A stretch of 64,000 bases of DNA from Candidatus Dojkabacteria bacterium (lineage in GTDB: Bacteria; Patescibacteriota; Dojkabacteria; J137): positions 39,998 through 103,997 of the forward strand of contig JAUZRK010000001.1 of NCBI GenBank assembly GCA_030950485.1. Reading direction: 5' to 3'. Below the pieces are notes generated by a model. That model was given only the letters and a program-made list of their open reading frames with translations. It was not told where the DNA came from and did no database searches. Below are positions 1-9,625 of the stretch, one piece after another. Within the stretch, counting starts at the first letter, position 1. Each line of letters begins with the position of its first letter. Made by a program: the position numbers and the translations under genes.

Positions 1-1026
1 TCCTGTAATAAAGATCTGAAATTTACAGCTTATCAAATATTTCGCGAGGTTAATTCTATGTTCCTCATCAAGCTCAGACATAACATCGTCAATTAGAAAT
101 ATAGCATTAATATTCGTCTTACTCTCAAGATATTTATGTTGAGACATTTTAAAAATAAAACTACTTATTCTTTGTTGTCCTCTTGAACCTCTAAATCTTA
201 GTTCATTTTCCCCGAAATTAAATCTATAATCATCTTTATGAATACCATAGAGAGTTTTACCAACTATAATTTCTTTAGCTTTATTTTGCTCATATTTGTC
301 TAAATATGCTGACTTAAAGTTTGCTTCTGTAGTTTCTAAGTTAGGTAAATACTCTAGATTAAATTCAAGTGTACCTCGATAAATATCGCTACCTGTATCA
401 TTTATAAACTGGCTTATCTCATTAAAAAATAGAATACGATACTTGAATATTAGATAAGCTGTATCGACTAGTCCATTTGTCCAGAACTCAAGCTCGTTCT
501 GTGAGGACTTACCCTCACGAATATTCTTTATAAGAGCATTTCTATTTTTTAATAAAGTTTTGTATTTTTTTAGTGAACTTTTATATTCATTAAAACAAGT
601 AGAAAGAAAAATATCTAAATCTGTTCTTCTATCCGAAGGAGTTCCATTTGTTATATTGATTGAATACGGCGCGAAAAGAATTACCTTTATTAGCTCACTA
701 GATTTGCGTTGATTAGTATTTTTTGTATTTAACTTTAATTGAGATTTAAGAATATTAGAAACATTTGAAATTACTAATTCTAAATTATTCTCTTCAGTAG
801 CTATTGATATTTTGGCAAAACCGCTTTCTGAATCAATATTGATAAAATCTAGTTTTGAGTATAATTGCCTAAAAGTAGATCCATTAGACATTAAGAAAAT
901 TGATTCCAGAATATTTGTTTTCCCATATCCATTCTTCTCTACGATTAGATTTATGTGATCGCTGAATTGGAGATCAAGATTTTTAATATTTCTGTAATTT
1001 TTTAGCTTTAGATTTCGTATATACAA
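1..1026 (-). CDS. recF: DNA replication/repair protein RecF (3' end runs off the window)
   Basis: Manual translation from TTG at 1026: MYIRNLKLKNYRNIKNLDLQFSDHINLIVEKNGYGKTNILES (Walker A); later SRGQQR and IDDVMSELDE motifs; frame stays open to base 1. Confidence 0.9.
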   Translation of the reverse strand, partial: MYIRNLKLKNYRNIKNLDLQFSDHINLIVEKNGYGKTNILESIFLMSNGSTFRQLYSKLDFINIDSESGFAKISIATEENNLELVISNVSNILKSQLKLNTKNTNQRKSSELIKVILFAPYSINITNGTPSDRRTDLDIFLSTCFNEYKSSLKKYKTLLKNRNALIKNIREGKSSQNELEFWTNGLVDTAYLIFKYRILFFNEISQFINDTGSDIYRGTLEFNLEYLPNLETTEANFKSAYLDKYEQNKAKEIIVGKTLYGIHKDDYRFNFGENELRFRGSRGQQRISSFIFKMSQHKYLESKTNINAIFLIDDVMSELDEEHRINLAKYLISCKFQIFITG

Positions 1027-1076
1027 ATTTGTTAGTATAATAGACAAACAATTATACATTAATGTAAATATAGTTT

Positions 1077-2159
1077 ATGAAAATAGGTATTGATTTATCA
1101 ATGGTTGATGAGAATAAAGCAGGTATAGGTTACTATGCATCTGAGTCTACAAGACAATTAATATTATTAGATAAAGAATCAATTTTCTATCTCTATACAT
1201 ATAATAAAAATCTTGTAAGTTCTTTTTCTCAGTTAAATAATGTAAAAGTTGTTGAGATAAAATCTAATAGACCAAATTTAAAATGGATAATAAAAACTTA
1301 TATTGATTTTAAAAAGAAAAAAATTGATTACTTTATATCTCCATCAAATTTTATGTTTGGTGTATTGTTCTCTAGAACTATCCAAATAATACATGACCTT
1401 CTACCTATTAAAAGGTCGGAATTCTGGCCAAAGAAAGCAGGTATTTTCTATAAGTATCAATTGAAATTAGCTTCCAGAAGAGCATTTGGTTTCGCAGTTA
1501 ATAGCGAAGCTACAAAAAATGATTTAAATTACTACTTCCCAAAAACTAAAGATAAGGCTTTTTATATTGGAGGTGGCTTAAATGAATGGGCTAAAAAAAA
1601 TTATACTAATAAAGAATTAGAAGTATCTAAAGAAAAACTTCAATTACCTGAAAATTACTTTTTCTCTGCTGGAACGTTACAACCAAGAAAGAATTATGAA
1701 GGTATGATCAAAGCTTTTTATGAATTTAAAAAAGATCATTCTGAATTTAAATATTTAATTTCGGGAGGGAAAGGTTGGTATTATGACCATATTTTCAAAA
1801 TTGTAAAAGATTTAAAACTAGAAGACGATGTAATATTCCTAGGTTATACAGATGAAATAGATTTCCCAGCTCTGATAAAGTTTTCCAGTGGTTTCCTATG
1901 GGTAAGCCACGACGAAGGATTTGGTATGCCATGTTTAGAAGCATATGCTTTTGGAAAACCTATTCTAACTTCAGATATTCCTGTCTTAAGAGAAGTTATG
2001 GAAGAAAATGCTTTTTTTGTAGATCCTAACAATATATCTGCTATAGTTAAAGGTATGAGTAATATATTGAGTGTAGGTGATCAAAAGGTAAATAAAGAGT
2101 TTCTAAACAAACATTCTTGGAAAAATGTAGCAAAAAGATTAAAAAATATTTATATATAA
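1077..2159 (+). CDS. Glycosyltransferase family 4 (GT-B)
   Basis: GTLQPRKN and EGFGMPCLEA motifs. Confidence 0.9.
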   Translation: MKIGIDLSMVDENKAGIGYYASESTRQLILLDKESIFYLYTYNKNLVSSFSQLNNVKVVEIKSNRPNLKWIIKTYIDFKKKKIDYFISPSNFMFGVLFSRTIQIIHDLLPIKRSEFWPKKAGIFYKYQLKLASRRAFGFAVNSEATKNDLNYYFPKTKDKAFYIGGGLNEWAKKNYTNKELEVSKEKLQLPENYFFSAGTLQPRKNYEGMIKAFYEFKKDHSEFKYLISGGKGWYYDHIFKIVKDLKLEDDVIFLGYTDEIDFPALIKFSSGFLWVSHDEGFGMPCLEAYAFGKPILTSDIPVLREVMEENAFFVDPNNISAIVKGMSNILSVGDQKVNKEFLNKHSWKNVAKRLKNIYI

Positions 2160-2232
2160 TTAACAGACTAGATAAATCAGCTTGACAAATCGAGCATTCT
2201 GAGATAATTTCTCATGTAGTTTAATCAAAAAT

Positions 2233-2526
2233 ATGAAAAAGACAAAGCTAAATACAGACTTAGACAATAAGGATATCGAAGAAAAGGATGAAGATGCATC
2301 TGATGACATCAACTTCACAATGGGAGATATAATCCATGATGGAGATGATGCTGATGAAGATAAGCAGATACTTTCTAGAGCAAAAGACATTTTAGGAGAT
2401 AATTCAGATCCAGATGAGTATGAAAACCAGACATTTGGAGCAGAAGATCTAGAACTAGATGATTCAGATGATTTTTTAGCTGGAGAAGATTTTGATCCAG
2501 ACTATTTTGATCCAGAAGATTACTAA
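2233..2526 (+). CDS. Very acidic small hypothetical protein
   Basis: 97 aa, D/E-rich; preceded by a TTGACA...GATAAT promoter-like sequence (2182-2207). Confidence 0.6.
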   Translation: MKKTKLNTDLDNKDIEEKDEDASDDINFTMGDIIHDGDDADEDKQILSRAKDILGDNSDPDEYENQTFGAEDLELDDSDDFLAGEDFDPDYFDPEDY

Positions 2527-2552
2527 AATTTTAAATATAAAATCCCATTTAC

Positions 2553-3728
2553 ATGAAGTACGAATATAAAGTCTTAAAAAAAGATACTGAACAAACGGAA
2601 ATTGAAATTTCAGTTCCATTTATTGAATTTGATAAGTTTAAAGAGGATGCTTTTAAAGAATTAGCAGAACCTATTGTAATACCAGGGTTTAGACCTGGTA
2701 AAGGGCCAAGAGAGTCTATTGAAAAGAAACTAGGTGAGAAGTTGATAAATAGATCTATAGAGAAACTTTTTCCTGTTCCAGCTATGGAAATTCTAACTAA
2801 AGAAGATTTAAAACCTATTTCTAGAGTTAAATATGAACTAAGTAAATTCGATTTAAAAGAAGGAATAGCTTACAAAATTATCTTTACAGAATACCCTATT
2901 GTTACATTAGGGGATCTTTCAAAGCTAAACGTAAAAAAAGAAATAGAGAAATCTAAAACTGAAGATATCGATATGGTTATTAAAAATATCGTTAGATCAA
3001 GCTTAAAACCTGAAGTGTTGAAAAAATACGAGATAAAGCAAAAAGTACAAAGTACAAAGTCAAAGAAAAGTGATAGTGAACAAGAAGAAAAAGGAAAAAA
3101 TGATTCAAAATCAAAAAATGAAACTCCAAAAGCAGAGGCTATTGAGTTTGACCTAAGCGATGAGCTAATTAAAGAACTTGGGTACAAGAAGGAAAAGACT
3201 GTAGTTGAAATGAGAAAGCAGGTCGAAGAAAGATTAGCTGGTATTAAAGAAAAACAAGCGGAAGATAAATATATTGAAGAATTAATTACAAAAGCTGTCG
3301 AAGCTGCAAAAGTAGACCTTCCAAAGTCTCTTATTCAAAATGAAGCTAGACTTTATGAAGAAGACTTTAATAGTAGATTAAAAGAATTAAATCTTGATGC
3401 TGATACTTTCTTAAAGACTCAAGGGTCAAGCATAGAAGATAAAAAGAAAGAATGGACAAAGCAAGCAGAGGGTAAGATCAAGACTGAACTAGTACTATAT
3501 CAAATAGCAACTGATCATAAATTAGATGTAGAGGAAGAAGAGATTGAAACAGAGATTAATGCAATTACTGATGAAAAAGTAAGATCTAGTTATCAAAGGG
3601 GCGATGCAAAGAATTATATTAGATCTGTACTAATTAAAAGAAAGGCAGTTGAGAAATTAAAAGAGATTGTTGATGGAAAGAAATCAGTTACGAAGAATGT
3701 AGAGAAGAAGGTAGCTACTAAGAAATAG
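2553..3728 (+). CDS. tig: Trigger factor (FKBP domain apparently replaced by a charged linker)
   Basis: IPGFRPGK ribosome-binding signature and helical C-terminal domain. Confidence 0.9.
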   Translation: MKYEYKVLKKDTEQTEIEISVPFIEFDKFKEDAFKELAEPIVIPGFRPGKGPRESIEKKLGEKLINRSIEKLFPVPAMEILTKEDLKPISRVKYELSKFDLKEGIAYKIIFTEYPIVTLGDLSKLNVKKEIEKSKTEDIDMVIKNIVRSSLKPEVLKKYEIKQKVQSTKSKKSDSEQEEKGKNDSKSKNETPKAEAIEFDLSDELIKELGYKKEKTVVEMRKQVEERLAGIKEKQAEDKYIEELITKAVEAAKVDLPKSLIQNEARLYEEDFNSRLKELNLDADTFLKTQGSSIEDKKKEWTKQAEGKIKTELVLYQIATDHKLDVEEEEIETEINAITDEKVRSSYQRGDAKNYIRSVLIKRKAVEKLKEIVDGKKSVTKNVEKKVATKK

Positions 3729-3749
3729 AATAAAGACCGGACGCGAATC

Positions 3750-3781
3750 AAAAGGAGGCATTTAAATGCCTCCTTTTTTTT
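3750..3781. terminator. Bidirectional intrinsic terminator
   Basis: AAAAGGAGGCAT-TTAA-ATGCCTCCTTTTTTT between convergent genes. Confidence 0.85.
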
Positions 3782-3798
3782 AATTTAATCTTTAAGAA

Positions 3799-4272
3799 TT
3801 ATACTGGTGTTGAAGCATTCCAAGCTATATTAAACATTTGGTTTAATAATTTAACCATATTCTTATCTGATATTATTATCCCTATTAGATTATCAGAATC
3901 TTTATTAATTATACTTGCCTTATCTCCATACAGCGAAAGTGTTGACTCAAAATTTACGGATTCATCCATGAATCTACTTTCTTTTAAAGTTTGCACATTT
4001 GAAATTTCTAATTCATTTTCTCTATCTTTATAATGAATCAAATTCTTTAAAGCTATACCTTTTTCTACTCTTTTAGATATATAACCTTGTATAGTCTCTG
4101 GTATTTTAGGGTGAAATTTAGCTGCTACTTCTCCATTCACCATCTGTTTTATTTCTTTATCACCAGATGAAATTCTGTCTACTAAAAGTGCAAGATAAGT
4201 ACCATTACCCTTATATACTTCAATCTCGTTATTTTTTAACTCAGACATTTCTTTTATACTTTGGAATTCCAT
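3799..4272 (-). CDS. TrmB-like effector-binding domain protein without an HTH
   Basis: Resembles the C-terminal domain of the adjacent TrmB proteins (VYKG...KRVEKGI...FNIAW). Confidence 0.6.
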   Translation of the reverse strand: MEFQSIKEMSELKNNEIEVYKGNGTYLALLVDRISSGDKEIKQMVNGEVAAKFHPKIPETIQGYISKRVEKGIALKNLIHYKDRENELEISNVQTLKESRFMDESVNFESTLSLYGDKASIINKDSDNLIGIIISDKNMVKLLNQMFNIAWNASTPV

Positions 4273-4288
4273 ATTTCTTTTTTAAAAA

Positions 4289-5070
4289 TTAATATATGAT
4301 TTCAGCATTTTCCCAAATCATTAAATACATAGATTTAACCATATTAGTAATAAACTTATCTTCTATTACTACTCTTAATAATCTATTATCTAACTTAGTA
4401 TGAAAACTTACGTTCGAATCAAAAAAGGAAATTAACGTACTAAATTTATAATTACCCTTTAAGGCTCTTACTTCTTTTAGATTATTGCTAGAGGTAGTAT
4501 CAAATTTATCAATGGCTTCTGAGTTATCTGTCATGTACTTTAAACTAATACCTAATTTCACTCTTCTACTTATATAGTCAGCTATATAACTGTCATACTC
4601 TTTACCTTTTGGGACAAATTCCTGTACAAACTTTCTATTTCCAATTTCATACAAAACTTTATCTTTTACTTTCAATCTACTATCCATAAAAAGTTTATAT
4701 CCTTGTTTACCTTCATAAACTTTTATATTACTATTCTTATAATGATTTCTAGCATATTCATCTATGTCAGAAATAAAAGCCTCTATGCCGCTCTTAGCGC
4801 TCTCTAATTTACTCTTTTCATTCTGATAGATATCCATATTAGTGTTTTTGATTCCAGAGCTCCAAATAGCTGATTTCGCTTCTCTCCTGTTACAGTCACT
4901 AAACCTATATCTTGAAGTTTTTTCAAGGCTCTATATGTTGAAGATTTATCCATACTCAATGAAAGATAAATATCAGTTCCGCTAGAAACTTCATTTCTAA
5001 GTAAAAATCTATAAATATCTATTTCGTTTTCCGTTAAACCTAATTGTTCTAAAGATTGTATTTGATTCAT
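4289..5070 (-). pseudogene. TrmB-family regulator split by a frameshift near 4840
   Basis: N-terminal wHTH (LEQLGLTENEIDIY...) in 4804..5070 and effector domain in the overlapping frame 4289..4837; could be a sequencing error. Confidence 0.75.
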
Positions 5071-5151
5071 ATGCTATTGCATCATATAGTTGCATTCAAT
5101 ACAACTATATTACAGTATTGCATTTTTATAGTATATATAGTCACAACTTGC

Positions 5152-5182
5152 AAAAAAAAAGACACCTATAAGGTGTCTTTTT
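5152..5182 (-). terminator. Intrinsic terminator after rpsI
   Basis: AAAAAGACACC-TTATA-GGTGTCTTTTTTTTT on the minus strand. Confidence 0.8.
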
Positions 5183-5201
5183 AAATTTATTATTAGTATT
5201 T

Positions 5202-5600
5202 TTAACGTTTTGAGAATTGTTCTGCTTTTCTCGCTTTTCTTAAACCTGGTTTCTTTCTTTCTACCATTCTAGAATCTCTAGTTAGATATCCTGCCTTTTT
5301 AATAGCATCTTTAGTCTCAGGGCTAACTTTTACTATAGCTCTAGCTAGCGCGTGTCTAACAGCCTCTGCTTGAGCAGAATGACCACTGCCAGATACTCTA
5401 ACTGTATAATAAAAATCTTCTTTCTTTAAACCAGCAACTTCAAAAACATTATTAATTTTGTATTCATAGTTTGCCTTTGGGAAATATTCTGCAATAGATT
5501 TCTCATTTACAACATTTGCACCTTTCTCTTCGAACAACCTTAATGTAGCTGAAGCTGTTTTTCTTCTTCCAATTGTATATGTATACTTTTTATCAGCCAT
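5202..5600 (-). CDS. rpsI: 30S ribosomal protein S9
   Basis: GRRKTA...LTRDSRMVERKKPGLRKARKAEQFSKR. Confidence 0.98.
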   Translation of the reverse strand: MADKKYTYTIGRRKTASATLRLFEEKGANVVNEKSIAEYFPKANYEYKINNVFEVAGLKKEDFYYTVRVSGSGHSAQAEAVRHALARAIVKVSPETKDAIKKAGYLTRDSRMVERKKPGLRKARKAEQFSKR

Positions 5601-5615
5601 ATATTATATCTTGAA

Positions 5616-6059
5616 TTAAATTTTAAATTCTTTAGCATTTATTACTACTGGTTTATTGGCTTCATGATTATGAATAGCCTCAGTATAAACCTTTAGATTT
5701 GTAATCAACATTCTACCTTTCTTATTCTTAGGTAACATTCCTTTTACAGCATTTTCTATTACAAAATTAGGATCTTTTGCAAACTTCGTATCCAAGTCTT
5801 GAACAGATAATCCACTTGGGTATCCAGAATATTTTTTATAAAACTTAGAGAAACCTCTCTTTGCAGTAAAATCAATTTTAGAACTATTTATTACTACAAC
5901 TTTCTTCATAGGATTAAGATAATCTCTTACAAGAGGATCTGTTTTACCTAATAAAAGCTCTGCAGCTATAGTAGCTACTCTACCACTTCTCATTCCAGCA
6001 GCATCTATTAAAAACCACTCTTCTTTTATATCTTTTTGACTTATACTACTTGTTTTCAT
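5616..6059 (-). CDS. rplM: 50S ribosomal protein L13
   Basis: WFLIDA, SGYPSG and AVKGMLPKN motifs; adjacent to rpsI. Confidence 0.97.
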   Translation of the reverse strand: MKTSSISQKDIKEEWFLIDAAGMRSGRVATIAAELLLGKTDPLVRDYLNPMKKVVVINSSKIDFTAKRGFSKFYKKYSGYPSGLSVQDLDTKFAKDPNFVIENAVKGMLPKNKKGRMLITNLKVYTEAIHNHEANKPVVINAKEFKI

Positions 6060-6558
6060 AATTTTTATTTATCTGTTTTTGTTGATTTCTTAGTTGTTTT
6101 CTTATCACTAGTTTTTTAGTACTAGATTTTTTCTTGCTAGCTTTAGTTTCTTGCTTTTCTAAAGCTTCAGAAACTTTAGATTTCTTAGCTTTTGCTTCTA
6201 CATTAACAAGCATAACATATACTTGTTCTGCATTATCTCCAGCTCTATTTGTAGTTCTTATAACTCTTGTATATCCTGAGTTTCTATCTCCTAATTTATT
6301 TTCAACTTGATAAAAGAATCTATTTATTGCTCTATCATTATTATTAAAAAATGATTCTACTTGTCTTCTACTATGTTGTGTTCCAACTTTAGCCTTAGTT
6401 ACAAGTCTGTCAAATATAGACTTTAGTGCTTTAGACTTTGCTGGTGTAGTTTTAATTTTCTCATTTCTCACTAGCTCGATTACTTGTGATTTAATCATAG
6501 CTTTTGTATGAGAAGCTGTTTTACCTTGAATTTTTATTTTATTTCTATTTGAGAACAT
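6046..6558 (-). CDS. rplQ: 50S ribosomal protein L17 with Lys-rich tail (probable 1-nt slip near 6115)
   Basis: IKTT..K, DRNSGYTR and RAGDNA motifs; follows rpoA. Confidence 0.95.
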   Translation of the reverse strand: MFSNRNKIKIQGKTASHTKAMIKSQVIELVRNEKIKTTPAKSKALKSIFDRLVTKAKVGTQHSRRQVESFFNNNDRAINRFFYQVENKLGDRNSGYTRVIRTTNRAGDNAEQVYVMLVNVEAKAKKSKVSEALEKQETKASKKKSSTKKLVIRKQLRNQQKQINKNYENK

Positions 6559-6578
6559 TTCTCTCTACTAAATTTAAA

Positions 6579-7544
6579 TTATATAACTTTAATTTCGTAT
6601 TTCTTTAATACTTCTATTAATTCATCTAGTGACTTTTTACCCATTCCTTTAATACTTGCCAATTCTTCTTCAGTATATCCTTCTAGTTTAGTTAACTCAT
6701 CAATTCCAGATCTTAGTAAAGCGTTTGTAAGTCTAGTTGAAAGATTTAGGTCTTCTACAACTAATTGCTTTTTAGTAGTCTCATCTTCAACAACAACTTC
6801 TTCTTCTTTTACAGTTGTTGATTTTAATATTTCAGCCTCTTTTCCGTCAAGTAAATCTTTAGTAATTTGACTTAAATGAGATGTCATTTCATTTAATAAT
6901 CTTACTGAAATGTTTACAGCTTCTAAACTATTAATAGATCCGTTAGTCTCTACAGATAGATTTAGCTGATCTAAATCAGTTTCTTGTCCAACTCTAGTTT
7001 CAGCTACATCGTAAGAAACTAAAACTACAGGTGAGAAAGTAGCATCTATTGGTAAAGTACCTAGTTCTTTTCTAACCTCTTGATCAGGAAAGATGTAACC
7101 AGTTCCATTATTAATAGTAAATTCTGCTTTGAAACTTGCTTTTCCGTCTAATTTTGTTATTACGTAATCACCATTTACAATATCTACATCTGAATTCTTT
7201 TCAATATCAGAAGCTTTAACTTCAACCTGAGCACCCGCTTTACCTTGAACATTAAGTGTTAATGTTACTGGCTCGTCTACTCTAGATCTTACAACTACGT
7301 TCTTAATTGAAAGTAAAACTTTTAATACATCATCTAAAACTCCATCTAGTGAAGCATACTCATGTAGAGCACCATCTAATTTTACAGCTGTAATAGCAGA
7401 TCCTGGAATAGAAGATAATAATATTCTTCTTAACATGTTTCCTAAAGTATGACCGTAACCTTTTGGTAATGGACCTACTTCAAAATTCATTGTATTCCCT
7501 TCTTCAGAAGTTTTTTTAATGTTGAAAGAATTTAAGGAAACCAT
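6579..7544 (-). CDS. rpoA: RNA polymerase alpha subunit
   Basis: PLPKGYGHTLGNMLRRILLSSIPG; C-terminal domain LSTRLTNAL...GMGKKS. Confidence 0.98.
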   Translation of the reverse strand: MVSLNSFNIKKTSEEGNTMNFEVGPLPKGYGHTLGNMLRRILLSSIPGSAITAVKLDGALHEYASLDGVLDDVLKVLLSIKNVVVRSRVDEPVTLTLNVQGKAGAQVEVKASDIEKNSDVDIVNGDYVITKLDGKASFKAEFTINNGTGYIFPDQEVRKELGTLPIDATFSPVVLVSYDVAETRVGQETDLDQLNLSVETNGSINSLEAVNISVRLLNEMTSHLSQITKDLLDGKEAEILKSTTVKEEEVVVEDETTKKQLVVEDLNLSTRLTNALLRSGIDELTKLEGYTEEELASIKGMGKKSLDELIEVLKKYEIKVI

Positions 7545-7575
7545 ATTTGAGAATCTCTAATAACTAAATTAACTA

Positions 7576-8172
7576 CTACCTAGAATATAATTCTACTATC
7601 AATTTTTCTCTAATTGTAGAGTCTATTTCTTCTCTTGTAGGCTCTGCAACAACTTTTCCTCCACTTACTAATGCTGATAGCCACTTAGGTGCAGAATAGT
7701 TTTTCATTTCTGATTGAATAATTGCAAAAAATTGTCCCTTTGCAATTTTCTCTTTTAATTCAACTTCGTCTCCAACTTTAACAATTGTTGAAGGAATATC
7801 ATGTTTCTTACCATTTAACAACAGATGTCCATGAGTAATAAATTGTCTAGCCTGTGCTCTGGTTTCTGCTAAGCCAAGTTTAAAAACAACATTATCTAAT
7901 CTCATTTCAAGTAACTGTAATAATCTCACCCCTGTGTTTCCAGTTGATTTCAATGCTTCAGTATAGAATTTAACAAATTGCCTTTCTGTCATTCCATAAG
8001 TTCTCTTTACTTTCTGCTTTTCTCTAAATTGAATAGCATAATCTGAAGGTCTCTTTTTAAGTACAGCGAATTGTCCTGGTAAAGACATTCTTCTCTTCCA
8101 TTTATCAGACTTTCCAAGAACTGTAGCGTTCTCTCTTCTATTTATTCTCCATTTAGGACCTGTATATCTCAT
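7576..8172 (-). CDS. rpsD: 30S ribosomal protein S4
   Basis: MRYTGP, EKQKVKRTYG and LEMRLDNVV motifs. Confidence 0.98.
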   Translation of the reverse strand: MRYTGPKWRINRRENATVLGKSDKWKRRMSLPGQFAVLKKRPSDYAIQFREKQKVKRTYGMTERQFVKFYTEALKSTGNTGVRLLQLLEMRLDNVVFKLGLAETRAQARQFITHGHLLLNGKKHDIPSTIVKVGDEVELKEKIAKGQFFAIIQSEMKNYSAPKWLSALVSGGKVVAEPTREEIDSTIREKLIVELYSR

Positions 8173-8201
8173 ATAATTATTTATTCGTAATTATTTATTT
8201 A

Positions 8202-8618
8202 TTATTTTTTAGGCTTTCTTCTTGACTTGCAACCTCCGTGTGGAACTGGAGTCTTATCAGTCAATAAAGTTATTTTAAGTCCTGCCTGTCTAATTCCTTT
8301 AATTGCAGCTTGTCTTCCAATACCTACTCCTTTAACTACTACTTCAGCTTCTTTAGCACCTTGATCAATAGCTTTCATTGCTGCATCTTCTCCTGTTTTT
8401 GTTGAAGCGTATGCAGTTGATTTTCTACTTCCTTTAAAACCTATAGCTCCACAACTACTTGTAGCAATAATACTACCGTCATAAGTTGCTGCTGAAACTA
8501 TTGTATTATTATATGTAGCTTTTACATACATTAACACTTTAGGTGGAATTGATTTTTTAGTCTTTTTTTTACCTCCAGCTTTCTTAGCTGTTACTACTTT
8601 TTTATTAACTTTAGCCAT
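8202..8618 (-). CDS. rpsK: 30S ribosomal protein S11
   Basis: YNNTIV, GFKGSRKST and DKTPVPHGGC motifs. Confidence 0.98.
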   Translation of the reverse strand: MAKVNKKVVTAKKAGGKKKTKKSIPPKVLMYVKATYNNTIVSAATYDGSIIATSSCGAIGFKGSRKSTAYASTKTGEDAAMKAIDQGAKEAEVVVKGVGIGRQAAIKGIRQAGLKITLLTDKTPVPHGGCKSRRKPKK

Positions 8619-8624
8619 TATTTA

Positions 8625-9008
8625 TTATTTGTGAGTTAATTTAACTTTTAATCCTCCGACAGCTTTATTCTTTCCTTTTCTAGTTCTTGAATTAGTTCGA
8701 GTATTCTGTCCTCTCACTGGAAGACCAGCTCTATGTCTCGTCCCTCTATATGTTCTAATATCTCTTAATCTTTTTATGTCTTGGAAAACTTTTTGTTTAA
8801 CTTGTCCTTCAGTTAGGATGTTTTTATCTATATAATCGTAGATTCTTTTAATCTCAACGTCTGTCAAATCCTTAACTCTTTTACTTGGATCAATATTAGT
8901 TGCTTGTAAAATAGATTTAGAAGATGTTAATCCTATACCATGTATATATGTTAGAGCTACCTCTACTCTTTTTTCATTTGGTACTTCTACTCCTACAATT
9001 CTTGCCAT
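8625..9008 (-). CDS. rpsM: 30S ribosomal protein S13
   Basis: MARIVGV...GLPVRGQNTRTNSRTRKG. Confidence 0.98.
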   Translation of the reverse strand: MARIVGVEVPNEKRVEVALTYIHGIGLTSSKSILQATNIDPSKRVKDLTDVEIKRIYDYIDKNILTEGQVKQKVFQDIKRLRDIRTYRGTRHRAGLPVRGQNTRTNSRTRKGKNKAVGGLKVKLTHK

Positions 9009-9032
9009 ATTTTTATCTCTTTAAATATAATA

Positions 9033-9188
9033 TTATCCTTGTCTTTGTTTATGTCTTGGATTTGATTTGCAATAAACGTAATAAATTGGCTGTACTTTGA
9101 CAGCTCCTTTTTTACTTATTTGTTTTTTTCTTCTTTTTACAATGTAGCAACTACTACACATTTTTTTTACACTAGCTTGTACTTTCAT
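9033..9188 (-). CDS. rpmJ: 50S ribosomal protein L36 (51 aa, internal insertion; absent from ORF track)
   Basis: [51 protein letters not shown]; CxxC..C..H zinc ribbon, directly upstream of rpsM. Confidence 0.95.
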   Translation of the reverse strand: MKVQASVKKMCSSCYIVKRRKKQISKKGAVKVQPIYYVYCKSNPRHKQRQG

Positions 9189-9431
9189 ATATTTTTTTAT
9201 TAGCGCCTGTATTTATAACAAAATTACCCAAAATAGTAAATAGTATTTATAGAGAAAAATTTATTTATTCCTATTTTAGGCTATATAACTATGATTAAGT
9301 TTTTATCGGTGCAGTTAATTCGTTTGGTAATTATAGAGCCAAACTGCGATTTAATCAAGAACTTCAAATATTTTGAACTAAATCAGCTGAATTTGCTAGA
9401 ATTTAATACTTATTTTTAAGCCAATAAATTT

Positions 9432-9590
9432 ATGTCAGAGCGTAACAGTGGGGAATTAAGTACACGAGATGAATTAGAACAAATTGATTTAGTAACAGGT
9501 CTAATTAATGAGACTGATGAGTTAGATTTTAAAGAAACTATGCTTTTATTTGAAAATATTGAAAAAAACTACAGATACTTTAGAAAATGA
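9432..9590 (+). CDS. Small acidic hypothetical protein (52 aa)
   Basis: MSERNSGELSTRDELEQIDLVTG..., followed by a hairpin at about 9591-9616. Confidence 0.4.
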   Translation: MSERNSGELSTRDELEQIDLVTGLINETDELDFKETMLLFENIEKNYRYFRK

Positions 9591-9616
9591 AGAGGAGGCT
9601 TAACTAAACCTCCTCT
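9591..9616. terminator. Hairpin between the small ORF and the tyrS 3' end
   Basis: AGAGGAGG-cttaactaaa-CCTCCTCT inverted repeat. Confidence 0.55.
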
Positions 9617-9625
9617 ATAACTATA

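Noticed and set aside
6046-6125. rplQ/rplM overlap as programmed coupling
   Set aside because: One extra A in the run near 6115 restores a natural TKKTSDKKTTKKSTKTDK* tail ending before rplM, so a homopolymer slip is more likely.
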